Shown piece by piece: positions 1 through 11,635 of a stretch of 64,000 bases of DNA. Below the pieces are notes generated by a model. That model did no database searches, was not told the DNA's origin, and saw nothing but the letters and a program-made list of their open reading frames with translations. The DNA is from Basidiobolus meristosporus CBS 931.73 (taxonomy: Eukaryota; Fungi; Basidiobolomycota), in contig MCFE01000181.1 of the NCBI GenBank assembly GCA_002104905.1, forward strand, positions 1-64,000. Reading direction: 5' to 3'. Position 1 is the first letter of the stretch; each line of letters begins with the position of its first letter. Both the position numbers and the translations under genes were made by a program.

Positions 1-336
1 GGAGCTCATCCAGAGACTTTCTGCTATCATATCTGCAATTAGACCTGAGCTTCTGCCTTCCTGTGAGATCCCTGCCTTTCAGGAAGTGGTAGTATAGCTC
101 TACACTTTCCCTTAGTGCTTTGCTTTCAAATAACTCCCAGCTTTACTTCATTTTCTAGCCTGATTTGTTGACAAATTTCTTTTCAGAACTCAACTCAACT
201 TGAGCAGTATTTTACCTTCACATTACTATAGATATATCTTCTTTATACAATATACACTTTTCAACTTGATTCAAGTTGAAATAGTATTACTATACTTGAT
301 CAGATTCAATAAAAGAATTTAGACCCCTAACCCTAA
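1..336 (+). mobile_element. 3' end of a degenerate non-LTR retroelement (copy A), ending AATAAA...CCCTAACCCTAA
   Basis: Decayed frame at 2-90 (ELIQRLSAIISAIRPELLPSCEIPAFQEVVV*), then an AT-rich UTR-like stretch, AATAAA at 308 and CCCTAACCCTAA at 325-336. No CpG. It abuts LINE-like coding sequence at 337. The element identity is inferred from context. Confidence 0.4.
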
Positions 337-1043
337 GTTTGTCTTCCCTGTCCTGGAATTTGGCTTACCACTTCTCTCTTACTTCTAGAGACTGCACTAA
401 GCTTGACAAGTTTGCAGTATGGTGCATTACCTCCTTGGTGCCTCATTTGCCTGAATGCCCCTACAGACATGCTATTCTTGGTGCTTTTGGGTTTATGCCC
501 TATAAGATCAGACTTCTCTACCTTAGAACCAGATTATACCTCAGACTTCACAACTGCAACAACCCACTGATTAAGGCCTGGAAGAGAACACACCACACAA
601 CACCTGGCTCCTGCTGGAGAACTATACTTGGAGATCCTGAAGTCAAGAAATTTGCTGAATTTATTCTGCAGTCAGAAAAACCCAAGCTGGCCTACCTGAA
701 GTACTTGACAGACCTTTGGCAGCAATATCTGCAGCAGCACACTCCCTTTATGATGAATATCAATCCTTATCACATTCCCCTCATTAATGTTGTTCACAAG
801 TCATTCTTACCTCTCTTGCTACCTCCCTTCCCACTGAACAGTGTCTTAAGCACTGAAGAACTATCATCACTTCTTATTAACTTACCTACAAATTCCCTTC
901 AGCTACACACTCTTGTATCAAAGCTACAACAGTAGCGCTGGCTTTGTTGTTTCTACTGAAATAAAGATTTCACCTGTTGGTGACTGTCTCCCCCTAACCC
1001 TAAATAAAGATTTTGCCTGGTGGTGACTGTCTCCCCCAACCCT
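337..1043 (+). mobile_element. 5'-truncated non-LTR (LINE-type) retrotransposon, post-RT C-terminal part of ORF2 plus 3' tail (copy B)
   Basis: Frame 2 reads KFVFPVLEFGLPLL (LINE RT-thumb-like F.RPVLEYG motif). It shifts into ORF 339-935 (TKLDKFAVWCI...PYRHAILGAFGFMPYKIRLLYLRTRLYLRL), which resembles the LINE post-RT region. The tail is two tandem 42-43 bp units, AAATAAAGATTTCACC-TGTT-GGTGACTGTCTCCCCCTAACCCT (959-1043). Confidence 0.7.
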
Positions 1044-1063
1044 AAATTAACATGGCTTCTTTA

Positions 1064-1412
1064 TGTTGCAATATTCTGAGGAGTATTGGAAGTGATGTGG
1101 AGAACTAGAAGATTTACATGTTATTCACTTGTAGATTTATTGATCAAAAGTATGGTATTTATACTTTTGATAAAGTAGAGGAAACAAACGTGTAGAGTTT
1201 GTTAAGGAAGGTCCCAAGAATATGTGTGCAAAGTTTGGGGTCTTTTGGACGACTTTGAGAAAAATAACAATCTGGGTACCTGACAATTTGGTGAAAATAT
1301 TCTAAGTAAATCCCAACAAGAAATCTAGTCAGGACAGAATGCTAATCACAGAATAAGATCTATGTGACTAAGTTAGCATGAATATTTAGGTGACAATTCA
1401 ATAATTACAACA
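1064..1412 (-). repeat. 3' LTR of the Copia-type element (LTR family A)
   Basis: TGTTG...CAACA termini. TATAAAT on the minus strand at about 1157-1163. PPT immediately adjacent. Confidence 0.9.
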
Positions 1413-4017
1413 CTCCCACTCAACAAAATATTCATGAGTAATAAATACATATTGTGAGTGTGCAATCTGTAATAAGCGTATAAGATTTAACTGTTTTGCA
1501 TACTGGACTAATATATTATCCAAAGGTGTATGCATTTGTGTTCAACTTAATAGAACAAGTAACTTGGAATTCAGTATGCATATCTACTTAGTAATATGCC
1601 TAAAAATCTGAATGATCTGATCATAATACTAATCATCAACTTTGATCAGTTGTACGGGCTTGAATAATAAGCTGAGTCTAATTGACAGATTGTAATAATG
1701 GTATATAGCCTCTGGGCTATCCAATGCTTCTTATTTGAGCAAAATTGACCCACTTTTGGTCAAGTTAAGGTTTTGTCATTTACGGCAGATCTGGAGTTTC
1801 CTTATTTCCGGCCAACAGTCTAATCCATTTAGACAACTTCATTGTGTGTCCATATTAGGCTCAGGGACAGTTACTTCCATCATATAGATGCTATATGAGG
1901 TAAAAAATAGTGACCTACTTTGGGTCAAGTTAAGGTTTTGTCATTTACGCCTGATCCGGATTATCCTTGTTTCCTGGCACTGTGGCACATATAACATGGC
2001 CAAAAAAGAAGGTTTTTGCCTAACTCTGAGCTGGGATGGCCTGCTCCCACTTGAACCACGTCTGTTTAGTGATTCAGATCCACAAATATGATCTAGAATG
2101 GTCATCTTTGTCTTCTTTAAATAGCAATAACTTTCTTTGGACTGATTACTTCATATGCGGTAGATTCAAAGTCCATTTGCTTCTTGATTTACCCAGTTTG
2201 GTATTGGACAACACCATGGGTTGTTTGGTAGCTATTCTTAGAGTGCTTCTACTGATTTGGATTGATACAGCTGCTTTTGTCTTATCAGAATATACTTGTA
2301 GAATAGAGATTGGCGCTTTTCCAGAAGTGAGATTCTCCTTAACAAGGGCTTTGATTATCCTTATTCTCCTGATAGTTATTTTCAACCTTGAGCTCGGTTT
2401 CCAAGGCTAACTGATCTTCTCAGTGTCTTCAGAATCCATAAAAACCATCTGGTTGATCCTTGCACCTTTTTCTTTCAGCTCCATAGACAGCAGACATCAA
2501 GACTTCTGCACTAAATAATCTGTTCCAATATATACTACAATATCTAACAGATCCTGTTGAAGTTTCAAGGCTCTTTTGGGGTTTCTAGCTTGAGAACTTC
2601 GTACAAGAGGCTCCATAGAACATATCTGCATTGCCAGATAGTCCAAATATGGCCTACATAAGTTTTGGCACCATTTGGGAAGTACCCTAGTTTGCGGTAG
2701 TAGTATTTTCCATTTTTTCTTCTTTTCTTTTTCTGCTGATGACCCAGGGATAATTCCTTTTGTGGGGTGGTTCTGGACTTCCTTGCAGGTGGGACCACAG
2801 TGTTTTTGAGCACAAGAGTCTCCATGACATCATTGTTCCAGAATATCTGACTATTTGAGAGTGAAATAATCAAAATCGGCATCCACTTAGATCATTCATA
2901 ACTTTTGATAGAGTTGACCAAATTTGATCAAATAAACTGCATTTGATAGCTAGCTTCATCAATACTTTGGTATCAGACTCCAATATATCAGTATTTTGAG
3001 TTGCAGAACTTGGCGGTGACTTGATCAATCAAAATTCTTCTGATCTGATCCAGAGAAGTTAAATATCACCAAGTGTTTTCTCCCACTGTAATAAGTGATA
3101 TATATATAACAAGTATAAAGTACTATGTTATCTTCTGAGTGGCTCTTAGCTGTGTACTGACCAACTGTTGCTTGGTTGTATACTCCAATCAGGCTTGCAA
3201 TTATATGCTTCACTCCTTTGGCTGGCGGTAGAATCTTCATGAGTTGATTTTGCTAAATTTGTATAATACTTTCTCCCACTGTTTTGAGACTTAAACAGAG
3301 TGATAGCACGTCTAACAGCTCCATATTTAGCTCCTGGTACACTGGTTTCAGTATCAAAACACTTGATACAATTATAGCATTCTTCTAATGGATTGTGTAG
3401 TACATATCCATACTCCAGGTGGATATATATGTATTATATATCATTGGGATCCTTACAATTCAGGAAGCTTGTTTCTGAGATCTTTTTCCATCAGTAGATA
3501 GTCCAGAATGGCGGCTAACAGCTCCAGTATTTGCATTCTCAGCTGTATTTTGAGTGGCAACAGATTTTTGGTAAAATCCTCCTCCGGCAATCATTTAATA
3601 ATGATCTATATATATTTTTTTTTTGCAATTCAGGATAATATCCTATCCAAGAGCTCGTCTAACAGTCAATTGGGGTCATATGAATACATATTGCAGTATA
3701 TTTCATTGTAGATCTGGACCCTCAATTGCTGGATTTACGCAATTTTCTTCAGTAGTGGTAGAGCACCAACATACTATATTTCTTGACACAATTACATGCC
3801 AGTTTGATTGACTCTTCTTCATAACTAACTTGGATAGTTACTGAAGGCATCTTTTGAAGGCAAGGCCTTCTTCTCCACAGCAATATCCTCATAAACATAG
3901 TCCTTTAGCAGCGGTAGTCTTCTTTAACCTTAGCAGAGCAATAGTGCGGAAAGTCTTTCTCCAGACTAACAGAAAAGGATCCAAAGCATAGTAGACACCA
4001 AGAGGACAGCAAGCTCA

Positions 4018-4029
4018 GGGCTCATAACC
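4018..4029 (-). promoter_or_regulatory. Primer-binding site complementary to the anticodon arm of initiator tRNA-Met
   Basis: GGTTATGAGCCC directly follows the 5' LTR end (CAACA). It is complementary to GGGCUCAUAACC and has the same style as the Drosophila copia PBS (GGTTATGGGCCC). Confidence 0.8.
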
Positions 4030-4378
4030 TGTTGCAATATTCTGAGGAGTATTGGAAGTGATGTGGAGAACTAGAAGATTTACATGTTATTCACTTGTAG
4101 ATTTATTGATCAAAAGTATGGTATTTATACTTTTGATAAAGTAGAGGAAACAAACGTGTAGAGTTTGTTAAGGAAGGTCCCAGGAATATGTGTGCAAAGT
4201 TTGGGGTCTTTTGGACAACTTTGAGAAAAATAATAATCTGGGTACCTGACAATTTGGTGAAAATATTCTAAGTAAATCCCGACAAGAAATCTAGTCAGGA
4301 CAGAATGCTAATCACAGAATAAGATCTATGTGACTAAGTTAGCATGAATATTTAGGTGACAATTCAATAATTACAACA
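4030..4378 (-). repeat. 5' LTR of the Copia-type element (LTR family A)
   Basis: Near-identical to 1064-1412, followed by the PBS on the minus strand. Confidence 0.9.
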
Positions 4379-4400
4379 CTTTAAGTACTTGTCATAAGTG

Positions 4401-4438
4401 AATAAAGATTTCACCACTTGGTGACTTTCCTCCCCTAA
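4401..4438 (+). repeat. Retroelement 3'-tail motif (AATAAA + hairpin + CCCCTAA)
   Basis: AATAAAGATTTCACC-ACTT-GGTGACTTTCCTCCCCTAA, matching the units at 959-1043. Confidence 0.75.
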
Positions 4439-4769
4439 GATGTTGGAAGTGATTGAGAGGACAAGTAGATTATGTGGTTTTCACTTAATGATTTATTGAA
4501 TGTAAAAGTAGTATTTATACTTTTACATGGTCTTGGCATAACAAACACGTAGAATAAGTTAAGGAAGGTCCCAAGAACATGTGTGCAAAGTTTTGGGCTG
4601 TTTGGACTACTTTGAGAATTTTCATATTCTGGGTACCTGGTATTTAGGTGAGAATATTCCATGTCAATCCCAACAAGGAATTTGGTAAGTATTCTCTAGG
4701 ATTTGAAGGTAACAATCTCAGTGACTAAGTTAGGTGACTATTTAGGTGGAATTTGGAATTTTTACAACA
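4439..4769 (-). repeat. Slightly truncated LTR (family B)
   Basis: Aligns with the LTR at 20308-20656 but lacks the first ~17 bp. Ends TTTTACAACA at 4769. Confidence 0.85.
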
Positions 4770-5224
4770 GATAAGTGCATAAGATAAATGAAAGTTGCAT
4801 CATCAATCAGCTGATGTCCTGACAACTGCTAAGTGGTTGGATAGATCTCCAATGACTAATCACCTGGAAAGGCTTAGCAGATCAGGTTGAGGACATAATT
4901 ATCATATAAAAATTAATAGGTGTGACAGCTAAAAATTGATTCTGAGAAGTGATAAAATAAACCATAACTAGGATTAGTTATGTTTGGGTTAGGGGAAATC
5001 ATTTGGGGTACTTGATTTTTTATCTTGGTAAAATTGGCTAAGTTTTTAAATGTTGATGCACAACACCCCCAAAACCCTTGAATTTCATATATACACCTGA
5101 TTAACTTTACTTTATTGAAATCACCATTAGACATGAGTTAAGACATAAATTAGATTACTCATTAGAGAGGTTTTCTACCTCTTGATTGGTTTCTTTTTTT
5201 GTACTTGGATTAGTTCTTCAAAGC

Positions 5225-5340
5225 AAATAAAGATTTCACCAAGTTGGTGACTTTCCCTTCCCCTAAAATTAACATACCATTTTTAGATGCTTGACCTAAC
5301 CTAATAAAGATCTCACTACTCTGTGACCTTCATCCCCCCA
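5225..5340 (+). repeat. Two further retroelement 3'-tail motifs
   Basis: AAATAAAGATTTCACC-AAGTT-GGTGACTTTCCCTTCCCCTAA (5225-5266) and AATAAAGATCTCAC-TACTCT-GTGACCTTCATCCCCCCA (5303-5340). The second is preceded by CCTAACCT. Confidence 0.65.
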
Positions 5341-6232
5341 TCATTACCCTTCACTTTGTCTCTTGTTAAAATGCTAGCATGTACCATTTAGCCTGTTTAT
5401 TTTGGGTTGTTGAGGTGAAGATTTTATTTTTTGCTGAACATCACCTCCCTTCAACCCCAAACATTGATATTTAGCAAACTCTGTAAGGTATTCCGAAGTA
5501 CAAAGTCCTAGGATTTGTTTTGCTTAATCACTTATTCGCACTTTGAACAAGCAATCCTGGCAATCAGTAAGTATTACAATCGGACATAGAACTGTATTTA
5601 TGTGCCTACCAGCTTTGCCAAGTTATGACTTGTGACACATGAATAGCTTTTATGATGGGTTGGCAATCTGTAACAACAACTAAATTCATTTCTGGTAATA
5701 TATTTGCTAAATCATGATTAAATACAGCATCTTATAAGCACCGACTCCTTCATTTCGAAGACTAGTATTACGGCCTGCATGATATTCTGTGGCGTACTCA
5801 TAACACGCAATCGACTGAATTGGTACATGCAGATCTGCCAAGTTTATATAAACATCAGTGGGTGGGATACAATCCAATAGCGTAGTACTTAAATCCCATT
5901 ACTATTTTCCAGTTCCGACTGGTTGAAAATTTATCAATAAATATAGCCAAGCCAATGTTATTTAGTAAACGTGATTTTTATATCCATATTAAATTTCTAG
6001 CTAGTTTCAATGAGTGATCAATTCTATACAAGTACACAAGCTTGCATTGCCAAGATGGGTAACTAGACCATACACGCAAGTTGTTATCATTAAATCTTAT
6101 TCCAATCACAACACACTAATCCTATCTGGAGAATTTAGTGCCGATGGAGTGGATAAGATTCCTGGTAGCCTGTGTGAATATAGCTAAACCTATACAAGTG
6201 CCAAGCTCCATCAAGTATGATGGGCATGGTGT

Positions 6233-6565
6233 TTAGAGCATGGCCATTTCCAATTGGGACTGCTGTCTCCGATATCCCTTCATTGCGTGCCAGACACGCC
6301 TAGCATAATAGAGGCCGGGGATAAAAAGAAGTGCACCAAAGATAAGTAGAAATGAGCCCCACCCCTCTGAAGGGACATAGCTGAAGAACTCGGCAGCCCC
6401 AAGGAAAATCCCCATAATCCCAAACACAAAAAATATCACAGTTAGGATTACGGAGCCACAAGGAACTATGGCGACATCGAATCCACTGGGGTTGTCTATC
6501 AACTCCTGATACTCATGCTTGGAAAGTGGCTCAACCCCGGTGCTGTTCGACGGTCTCTGGTCCAT
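6233..6565 (-). CDS. TMEM230/TMEM134-family small membrane protein
   Basis: 110 aa with two hydrophobic helices and the family-like motif LLIFGALLFIPGLYYARRVWHAMKGY. Confidence 0.75.
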   Translation of the reverse strand: MDQRPSNSTGVEPLSKHEYQELIDNPSGFDVAIVPCGSVILTVIFFVFGIMGIFLGAAEFFSYVPSEGWGSFLLIFGALLFIPGLYYARRVWHAMKGYRRQQSQLEMAML

Positions 6566-9500
6566 TCGGGTTTGTCAACAATGTGGCTTGAGATTCTGAG
6601 TGAAGAGGGGGGAGGGTCAGAATAATGTGCAAGGCGATGATGATGTATATACAAATTCAAGGGAGGTGTGCTTGGATATCATTAGTATTTATATCCGTCA
6701 CTGCCGCCGTAAGTTCCCCGGCACCAAGTGTGGTCTGATTTAGGATAAGTTGGGTGACTTCATTTGGATTGGTGAAGCTATCTGCCAAATTTGATTCATC
6801 GTGCAATGAGTGTCAGCCTAGACATTGGTTGGAAAGGATTGTGTATTTTTCCAATTGTTTAGGTAGCTTGGTAAACCCACCTATGCCATCCGCAAAATGT
6901 AATTCGTGTGACCGTGGTGAATCTTTTTCCGGCGCCCAAACCATCCATTATCTTCAGGCGTATTTTTGAATCGGTTGTGGCTCCTTAATTTATTGATTAC
7001 CATCAGTCAACCTGGTACTCATTATTCAACCAGCTGATGGTTACTACAGCATGCAATCAACCTCACTTCATCGTTAGTTTCGATTGTTGGATTCCTGAAT
7101 GCTCCCGGTAGAGCTGGATGGCAGGTGAGCTATCATTCGGGTCTATATTCACTGCCAGGGATAGAATGACCTAGTCGAGGGGATAAGCCGCACATTGGCC
7201 ATGTTTCTTAGATAGGTTATTAATAGGTTTGAGGATTTATTCCTCTTTAGGGTTTCATCCAGTATCTTACGGACATAGTAAAACTGGGATTTGTTTCAAC
7301 CTGTCACTACTGCAAATTATTCAAGGGTTAAACTTAACATGTCATCGGGAACAATGCCAATTCCGCTTTATACTGCATGGATTTGTACTGATTGCATTAG
7401 ACGTCTGGTCACTATACTCTTTAAGCTTTCACGCTACATGCCTCATTTGGACAGCTCCAATGCCTAACTTTGGCGCTGTCAAGTATCGATATTTTTGAGG
7501 TATTTGGCATTTTAAATGTTACTCAGACTGTGCTGAACGCGGTCCGTATGTACAGACTTGTTTTAACAAAAGAGGTGTCAGGGTATTCTGGAGCGCACCT
7601 GAATCAGCGTTAGTTGGATCATCCGATGGTATTTCTTGAGCGGTAATAAAGGTAGCAGATATAGGTTGAGATCTTTGGTACCAATGGCTTGGTAGATATA
7701 CCTTTGCATCAGAGTTATTGGGAGTTCTGGGCTCTGAGAGATCCAAATAATATTTGTTCTTCAGTTGCATAGTTGTTGTTTATAACTGCAAACAAATGTC
7801 ATGAATATCGGTAGAGGAGCAGTACCCTGATATTTCGTCAATTCTCAAGCCGCTATATGCATCAAAATTACAAGGCTATGCCGGCCGCAAAGATTTTACA
7901 TTGGGAATGTGCACTGCTACAAAGTATACCCCAGAATATAGAGTTGCAATATGTAGTGTAGATTTATTTTAAGTATTCAAGTTGACATCAGGCATAGCTC
8001 CAACCATGTCACGTGTGATAGCACATTCACTGGCCTGATTTCTCCAAGAGAAGGAAATCAACAGGCGTAGAATGGATATATCAAATATGGGAAGTAGCTT
8101 TGAACATATTCTGGGCTATTAGGATCACACATAGCCCATACTTGATTAGATAGCAAGAAGCGTTTCAAATAGTTGCAAATCTCGAATATCATATTTATCC
8201 AAGCAACAAAAGCCCTACATACTTATGTTACAATTGCAACTGAATTTCCAAGGCATCAGCACTAATGAGAGTGCTGGAATCCATCAGAATACCAAATGAA
8301 AATTAGCAGGAATCCCAAATTGAATTAGACCTACATTTCTCAAAATAAGAATCCAAAGTTATATACATGTATTATTATTAGGCATATATAAAGCATGACT
8401 GCTGGATTTCTGAACAGTTATAAGCAAAAGGAGATTAAGGATTGGGTTTGGAGTGGAATACCATTAGATGATTGCATTGAAAAGGTACAAATAGCATACA
8501 ATCCTGAAATTTCTGACTGGGGAGATCTCCGTTCTGCCATGTTTTTTAATATCTGCTCAATAAACAGTAAATGAGAATTACGCCTTATATGATACATTAT
8601 CACAAAATCAACTAAATACTCAGCCCTTGTAGGGGCCTTTTGATTCAGCATATTAGTATTAGAAGTAGAATATAGCAGCTATCAATAAGCAACTCAATTG
8701 CTGGTTCTACAGGTCAATGTGCAAGTGAATGATCATCTATCAACCACCAAGTGATCAATGCGCTTCTTGTCAAATGTTCAACTTTTAATTTCCAGATGCA
8801 TTGCCATACTTGCTACTACATACTTGATGCTTGCACATTATTATTTCAAGATCCTTATTTGAGAATGGGCCTTCTGAAAACACATAGTATTAACACAGTG
8901 GCCATCCTATGCCAATGAAATCTCAGATGGGCCACCAATATATTGAATCGCGTTGAATTATTCGGACTAAATCATCGTTCTAGAATCAGGTGCAGACACT
9001 ACGCCTGCACCAAGTACCAGTGCTCAGTACGCGAAAGTCGGGGTATTAGGAATAATTTATCCCAAAAAGTCAATCACTGATACGATCGTTGCAGGTGGGA
9101 TGTTGATCAATGTAACCATTACTTTACCAGAGAACGTAGCTCTACATATTCGTTGAGGAGTTGATGCTATCTCATATTTTGTAGGGATAGCGCATGATGT
9201 AGCATGTCATAATACAGCAATTCTTATTCGATGTCCCTTGAAATGATTTGTTGCGAGTTAGCTAGTATGACGTACAAACGGGAAAATCTACAGATTGCCT
9301 CCAAATGGGCTTAATGGAGATAAGCGAGAAACCGAGGCTTGGAAGTCTGCACGACAACAGCTGAATCACAGCTGATACTGAATTCAATCTGACAATAGTT
9401 ATGTCACTTGATGTAATGGTGCCGCGGTGCATTCCCGTCCGGAATGTCACTTCTAGGTTCGAATGGGCTTCCGAATCAGTACGATGATGTCAAGAATATG

Positions 9501-10935
9501 TAACCGATGCTGTAAATATAACAATTAGAAACATATGCGCATACGTATCTCCAATATGTTTCGTACCGACGAAGTCAGTCTGTTTATTACCTCATATAAC
9601 CGCCCAGCCAACAGCGCACATCGGTTTTAGGCACTGATGGTATGATATTGGGGCTGTCTCTGATAGGCCCAACGAGGGGTTTCGTGGGCAAGATGCCATT
9701 TCTCACCCCTCTGTTTCGACTCTGGGCAAGTCATCATGGATTTGCGAAATGGACCCAATCCATTGGAAGACCGTGAAATCGATGGATCTGGGACTTGCTC
9801 TCCCATTTGCCCTTAGCTACGCACTCACATCCCATTGATTGTGGCAAGATCACTCCATCCATCACAGAATTCATCCTGGCCTCGTGTGATGATCGTATTG
9901 AATCGCTTGATTTGCATGATACAACGATCACCCAGATTACAATGTGAGTGGCACTTATCACCCACCCATCCTACAAAAGGGGATTTTCTTAATTGAGTGA
10001 CAAGATTCTGCGACGTTTCAGGATTTGCCGCCTTCCTTTTAAATACCATTAGGTCATAATGGCATCCTTATCTAGGGTCATTCGAGGTCAAATGGCCAGT
10101 CATGTTCTTGCGAAATTACTACAATCTGAGCACACCCATCTCCTTGCATTCAGCCATGTTTCTTGATCAGATTCCATCATGATCAGGTCAGCACAATTCT
10201 AGGCATAGAGTTAGAAACAAACCACAGCTCTCGTGAGGGGGTGAGAAGAGGAGATGCCCTTCCTTCATTAGAGACTCGTATTCTAAACAACCATGCAGTG
10301 TATGGCAGTCGTTCATTACATATTCATGGGGCTTAGATCATCTTGCCACTATTTATTCATTATTATGTCCTTTCGTTACCTCATGGTTCTGGAATATCAG
10401 TCTACCCGTACTTTTGGGTGTAACATGCGCTCATATGTATTCCAACTCTTACTGCATCTCTGCATATCTCATTGAATACAATTGGAAAGAAAATCGGCTC
10501 TTAATTACATCAATTACATCAAAGTAGCAGTATTTGATATGCTTGTGGTAATCTAAAGAGCAAGAGCCATGGGAAAAATGGCCCAATTTCATACCCGAGC
10601 TTACCCTCATTCTAGCCATCCAGTCAGTATATATAGATCAAACATGATGCATTTTCATTCCCTTTACATAGCTTTCTTCATTAGTCAAGATACATAGTCC
10701 CCTAAGAGTTAATCTACCAAGCGCACAAGCTTTACTCTAAATATCCCCAGGCAATTCTATCCTATAGAACTTCAACCAACCGCTTTGCAACTACAATTGA
10801 AAGTCCCGAAAGCCACTGACGCTGTACAAAACACCCGTAGACATAGAAAACCCTTTCGCCTTTTGGACAATTACCTTTGTAAAGATACATTCTCTATCGC
10901 CTCCAGCTTCCAGAAAGGATTGAGTATCGTCGCGG

Positions 10936-11635
10936 ATGAATCATTTAGGCATGTCTGAGCGTGACAATCCCTCTGAAAACACCATGCCAACACCCACGCA
11001 ATTCCTTCTGGAATGTGATGAATACAAGTTCGCACCTGGATTCAATGGAATATCGGAGTCTAATCCGTTTGAGCAGAGCTTTCAAAAGAATCCGTTTCCT
11101 CTGAACTCGAACAGTCTCCTGAAGAATACCAAGACTTTGGACCAGGAGTCAACTTCCATCAACCAGAGTAGTGGAGATAGGGGTAGCGTCGATGAGAACG
11201 AAGATCAAGAGAATACGAATCTACACAAGAGAAAAAATTCCAGTAACGAAAATGAGGACGAAGATGAGAAAAGAAAAAAGTTCCTAGAAAGAAACCGGAT
11301 GGCAGGTAAGGGAAACCATCTTGCATTAGATTGGAGTACGCAGATTCTGACCAATACACCTTGTAGCCTCGAAATGCCGACAAAAAAAGAAAATGTGGAT
11401 GAAAGAGCTTGAGATACGATCGGAAGAGGTGACCAATCGCAACAAGTCTCTACACATGCTGGTGGGTCAGCTCAAGGAGGAGGTGATGCAACTGAAGGGC
11501 CAATTGCTAGCCCATAGAAACTGTAATTGCAATGTTATCCAGCAGTATGTACAAACATCTGGTCATTTCGCATTAAACCCAACTGGTGCTCGTAATCCAT
11601 CCATGATGGGACTACCGTACTATCTCGGCAAATGA
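10936..11635 (+). CDS. atf1: ATF/CREB-type bZIP transcription factor (Atf1-like), 2 exons
   Basis: The intron at 11306-11366 (GTAAG...CTGAC...TAG) joins EKRKKFLERNRMAA to SKCRQKKKMWMKELE. A leucine zipper and LLAHRNCNC follow. The N-terminal ESNPFEQSF motif is typical of Atf1/ATF2. Confidence 0.9.

Larger units (their letters stand above)
1064..4378 (-). mobile_element. Structurally complete Ty1/Copia-type LTR retrotransposon, non-autonomous (3315 bp)
   Basis: Two 349-bp TG...CA LTRs (1064-1412, 4030-4378) differing at 4 positions by my alignment. 5-bp TSD CTTTA at 1059-1063 and 4379-4383. PBS GGTTATGAGCCC (minus strand, 4029-4018). PPT GTTGAGTGGGAG (minus strand, 1424-1413). No intact gag-pol in the 2.6-kb interior. 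Confidence 0.9.

Noticed and set aside
4435-4662. Similar ORFs inside LTRs (4435-4662 and 18893-19378; ...TFLN.FYVFV.PR.CKS.NTT...) suggesting an LTR-encoded peptide
   Set aside because: The frame is broken in other copies: a stop in 20308-20656, a stop and frameshift in 22537-22884, and a stop at the TATA box in family A. The similarity only reflects the shared repeat.
6700-10500. Short ORFs at 6754, 7229, 7519, 8418, 9262, 9734, 9825 and 10293
   Set aside because: No recognisable domain and no consistent spliced model. Some may be gene relics but I could not support a call.
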